64,000 bases of DNA from Prorocentrum cordatum (taxonomy: Eukaryota). The notes under the pieces were generated by a model. That model was not told the DNA's origin. It worked only from the letters and a program-made list of their open reading frames with translations, and made no database searches. The stretch is taken from assembly GCA_963575745.1 (NCBI GenBank), contig CAUYUJ010000002.1:1550001-1614000 (forward strand). The letters run 5' to 3'. The translations under genes were made by a program, and so were the position numbers. Of this stretch, positions 62,216-64,000 are shown piece after piece (the stretch's first letter is position 1; each line of letters begins with the position of its first letter).

Positions 62216-62849
62216 GCGGTATCGGCGGGGCAACGGCCACCAACATCTTTCTCCCATGCTTCACTTCAGCTATCTTTACCCCAGCCATGCTATAAGTATG
62301 TGGGGCTCCTCGGTAGCGTAATTCGATGCCGACCGTGTTGCCGCCACGCGAGTATATATTGCCGTTGCTGTAAAGCGAGCTGCGGTCGTCAAGGAAGACG
62401 ACCTCTTCGCCGAGGCTGGGATCCAAGCGAGCCCCGAAAGGGCATCGAACACCCCATACACTGAAATGCTTTACGCTTCGCGTATCCCCGCCAGCCCATC
62501 TTAAAAAGAGCAACTCTTGCGAAGCATGCCGACAGTCGTGTTTTTCAGGCGTGTTTCCGCCTGCCCCCGCATATCTCCCCTGTTCCTCCTTCCTCCCGCC
62601 TCCTTGTACATCCTCTTTGTGGTGGGAGCTTCCCGCGAGCACAGCGTGGGCGAGCACCTCGCGTCCACCTGCGACAGTCCTGGCTAGACCTCCGCGCTGC
62701 CTGAGGCGGCGGAGGAAAACTGGGCCTCGACGCCGCTTCCAGCGGCGGAGGAAGAAGCTCTGGCAGCAATCCCCATCGACTCAAGGAACTCCAATTCCTC
62801 GGTCCTCGACAGCGCGACCACCTCTCCAGGCAGTCTTTCATTCTTATAA

Positions 62850-63795
62850 GGATGCTTACCTGCCAGCAATCGATTTCGCCGAGTTTTGGCGTTGTGATCC
62901 CTCGGGTCCTTCGGACATCCTGTGAGCAGGCCACGAGCCCTGGCGCTCAAAAAGGCGCCGCACTCACGACAGAAAGTGTAGTGGCCTATTCGAGACAGCT
63001 TATGTCGCCTTGGCCCCTGCAAAGGAGCCCCGTCGACACGAGCTTTTTCCTTCCGCTTTCCGTGGGAGGAGAAACCCTTCCTACAGAACTTACGAGACAA
63101 CACCAGCTTGGCCTTATCGCTGTGGGCCCGTCTGGCGCAATTCACACACCTCCAAGACCCTCGATCCCACTCCAGGACGTGACGAGACTCCGGAGGAGGC
63201 AGCACCGCACGGCACGGCCGAGGGCCAGGGGCCTGGGAGGCATTCTGCAGACGGCCAGTGGTGTCATCAAACGTGCCTATCTTACAAGTCATGTCTCCGA
63301 CAAGCCCGAGAACAGCACTTACTTCTTTAGACCTAGACACCCACGTGTCACGGACATGTGGCGGGATGGCGTCTAGCTTGGCGCCCTCCTTCGCCTGAAG
63401 GTCGGCGCATTGATAACCGAGGTAGTGACAGAGCTCGAGTCCCTCGAGCTGCTGGGCGTGAGCCCTTTTGGAATGCGCTTTGACCTTGACGACGACGAGG
63501 TCCCCCTCCCCCGAGTACGAGTCTTCAATCGCATTCCAAATCATGTGCCATAAATCGGCATGCGGTCGCCTGGCTTGGCGGCACCAGACTGGGCCTCGCC
63601 TGAAGCCCCGAACGACGGTAGAATTATCGATCCTTACCTGAAGAGGGGCCGTGCCGTGCCGAAGAACATTCAGGAAGCCATACAATTTTGCCCTAAGCAC
63701 ACTCTGTGCCTGCCTAACACCTGGAACCGTGCCGTGCATTGCTTTGCGTACGTTACCATGCTGATCTACAAAGCAGAAGCCCCAACCGAACGCTT
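62850..63795 (-). pseudogene. 3' fragment of a LINE ORF: RNase H plus Cys/His-rich C-terminal domains
   Basis: GWGFCFVD, QSVLRAKLYGF (E to K), VRIDNSTVV, HADLW, VKVKAH, GYQCADLQAKEGA. Followed by H..WRCVNC and H..FCRECG..C motifs. The first catalytic Asp is lost to 5' truncation. Confidence 0.8.
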
Positions 63796-64000
63796 TCAGC
63801 CCAGGGACCCCGACCCCCGACCCATCCGAGTAGGCCAGGCCCGAGAGAAGGGGATCGTCCCCGTACTCGGGGTCCAGCGTCTCAATGCTGGGCGTGACGT
63901 CCTGGAAGGGGTCCCCCAGTGGGTGAGGCGTGAGAGCCCTGGAGAAGAGGTGCGAGGAGGAGCTCGAGGAGGAGGCACGGTGGATTATATCTGGATAAGA

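Overview
Repeat-rich eukaryotic DNA, most likely from a dinoflagellate. That is an inference from a relict spliced-leader-like 21-mer and from retroelements carrying cytosine methyltransferases. No intact host gene, rRNA, tRNA or CRISPR array can be supported, and most ORFs in the track are artefacts of microsatellites and GC-rich repeats. The recognisable coding content is all mobile. (1) A decayed LINE fragment at 3.5-5.1 kb has RT and an RNase H whose motifs are in permuted order. (2) A Pif1/Helitron-like helicase fragment lies at 31.8-32.7 kb. (3) A structurally complete tyrosine-recombinase (DIRS/PAT/Ngaro-type) retrotransposon at 40029-46757 has split direct repeats, gag, RT-RNase H-YR and a C5 DNA methyltransferase, and is integrated through an ATG core into an (ATG)n microsatellite. 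(4) A very large, 3'-truncated, decayed Copia-order retroelement at ~48.0-61.5 kb reads gag/CCHC knuckle - Tpt1/KptA NAD-dependent RNA 2'-phosphotransferase-like domain - aspartic protease - DNMT-like domain(s) - tandem zinc fingers - integrase. (5) A LINE 3' RNase H fragment lies at 62.7-63.8 kb. The remainder is MITE-like inverted repeats, head-to-tail hairpin-terminated modules carrying internal satellites, and simple repeats. The most striking signal is the Tpt1/KptA-like domain inside a retroelement; stops and a frameshift hide it from the ORF track.
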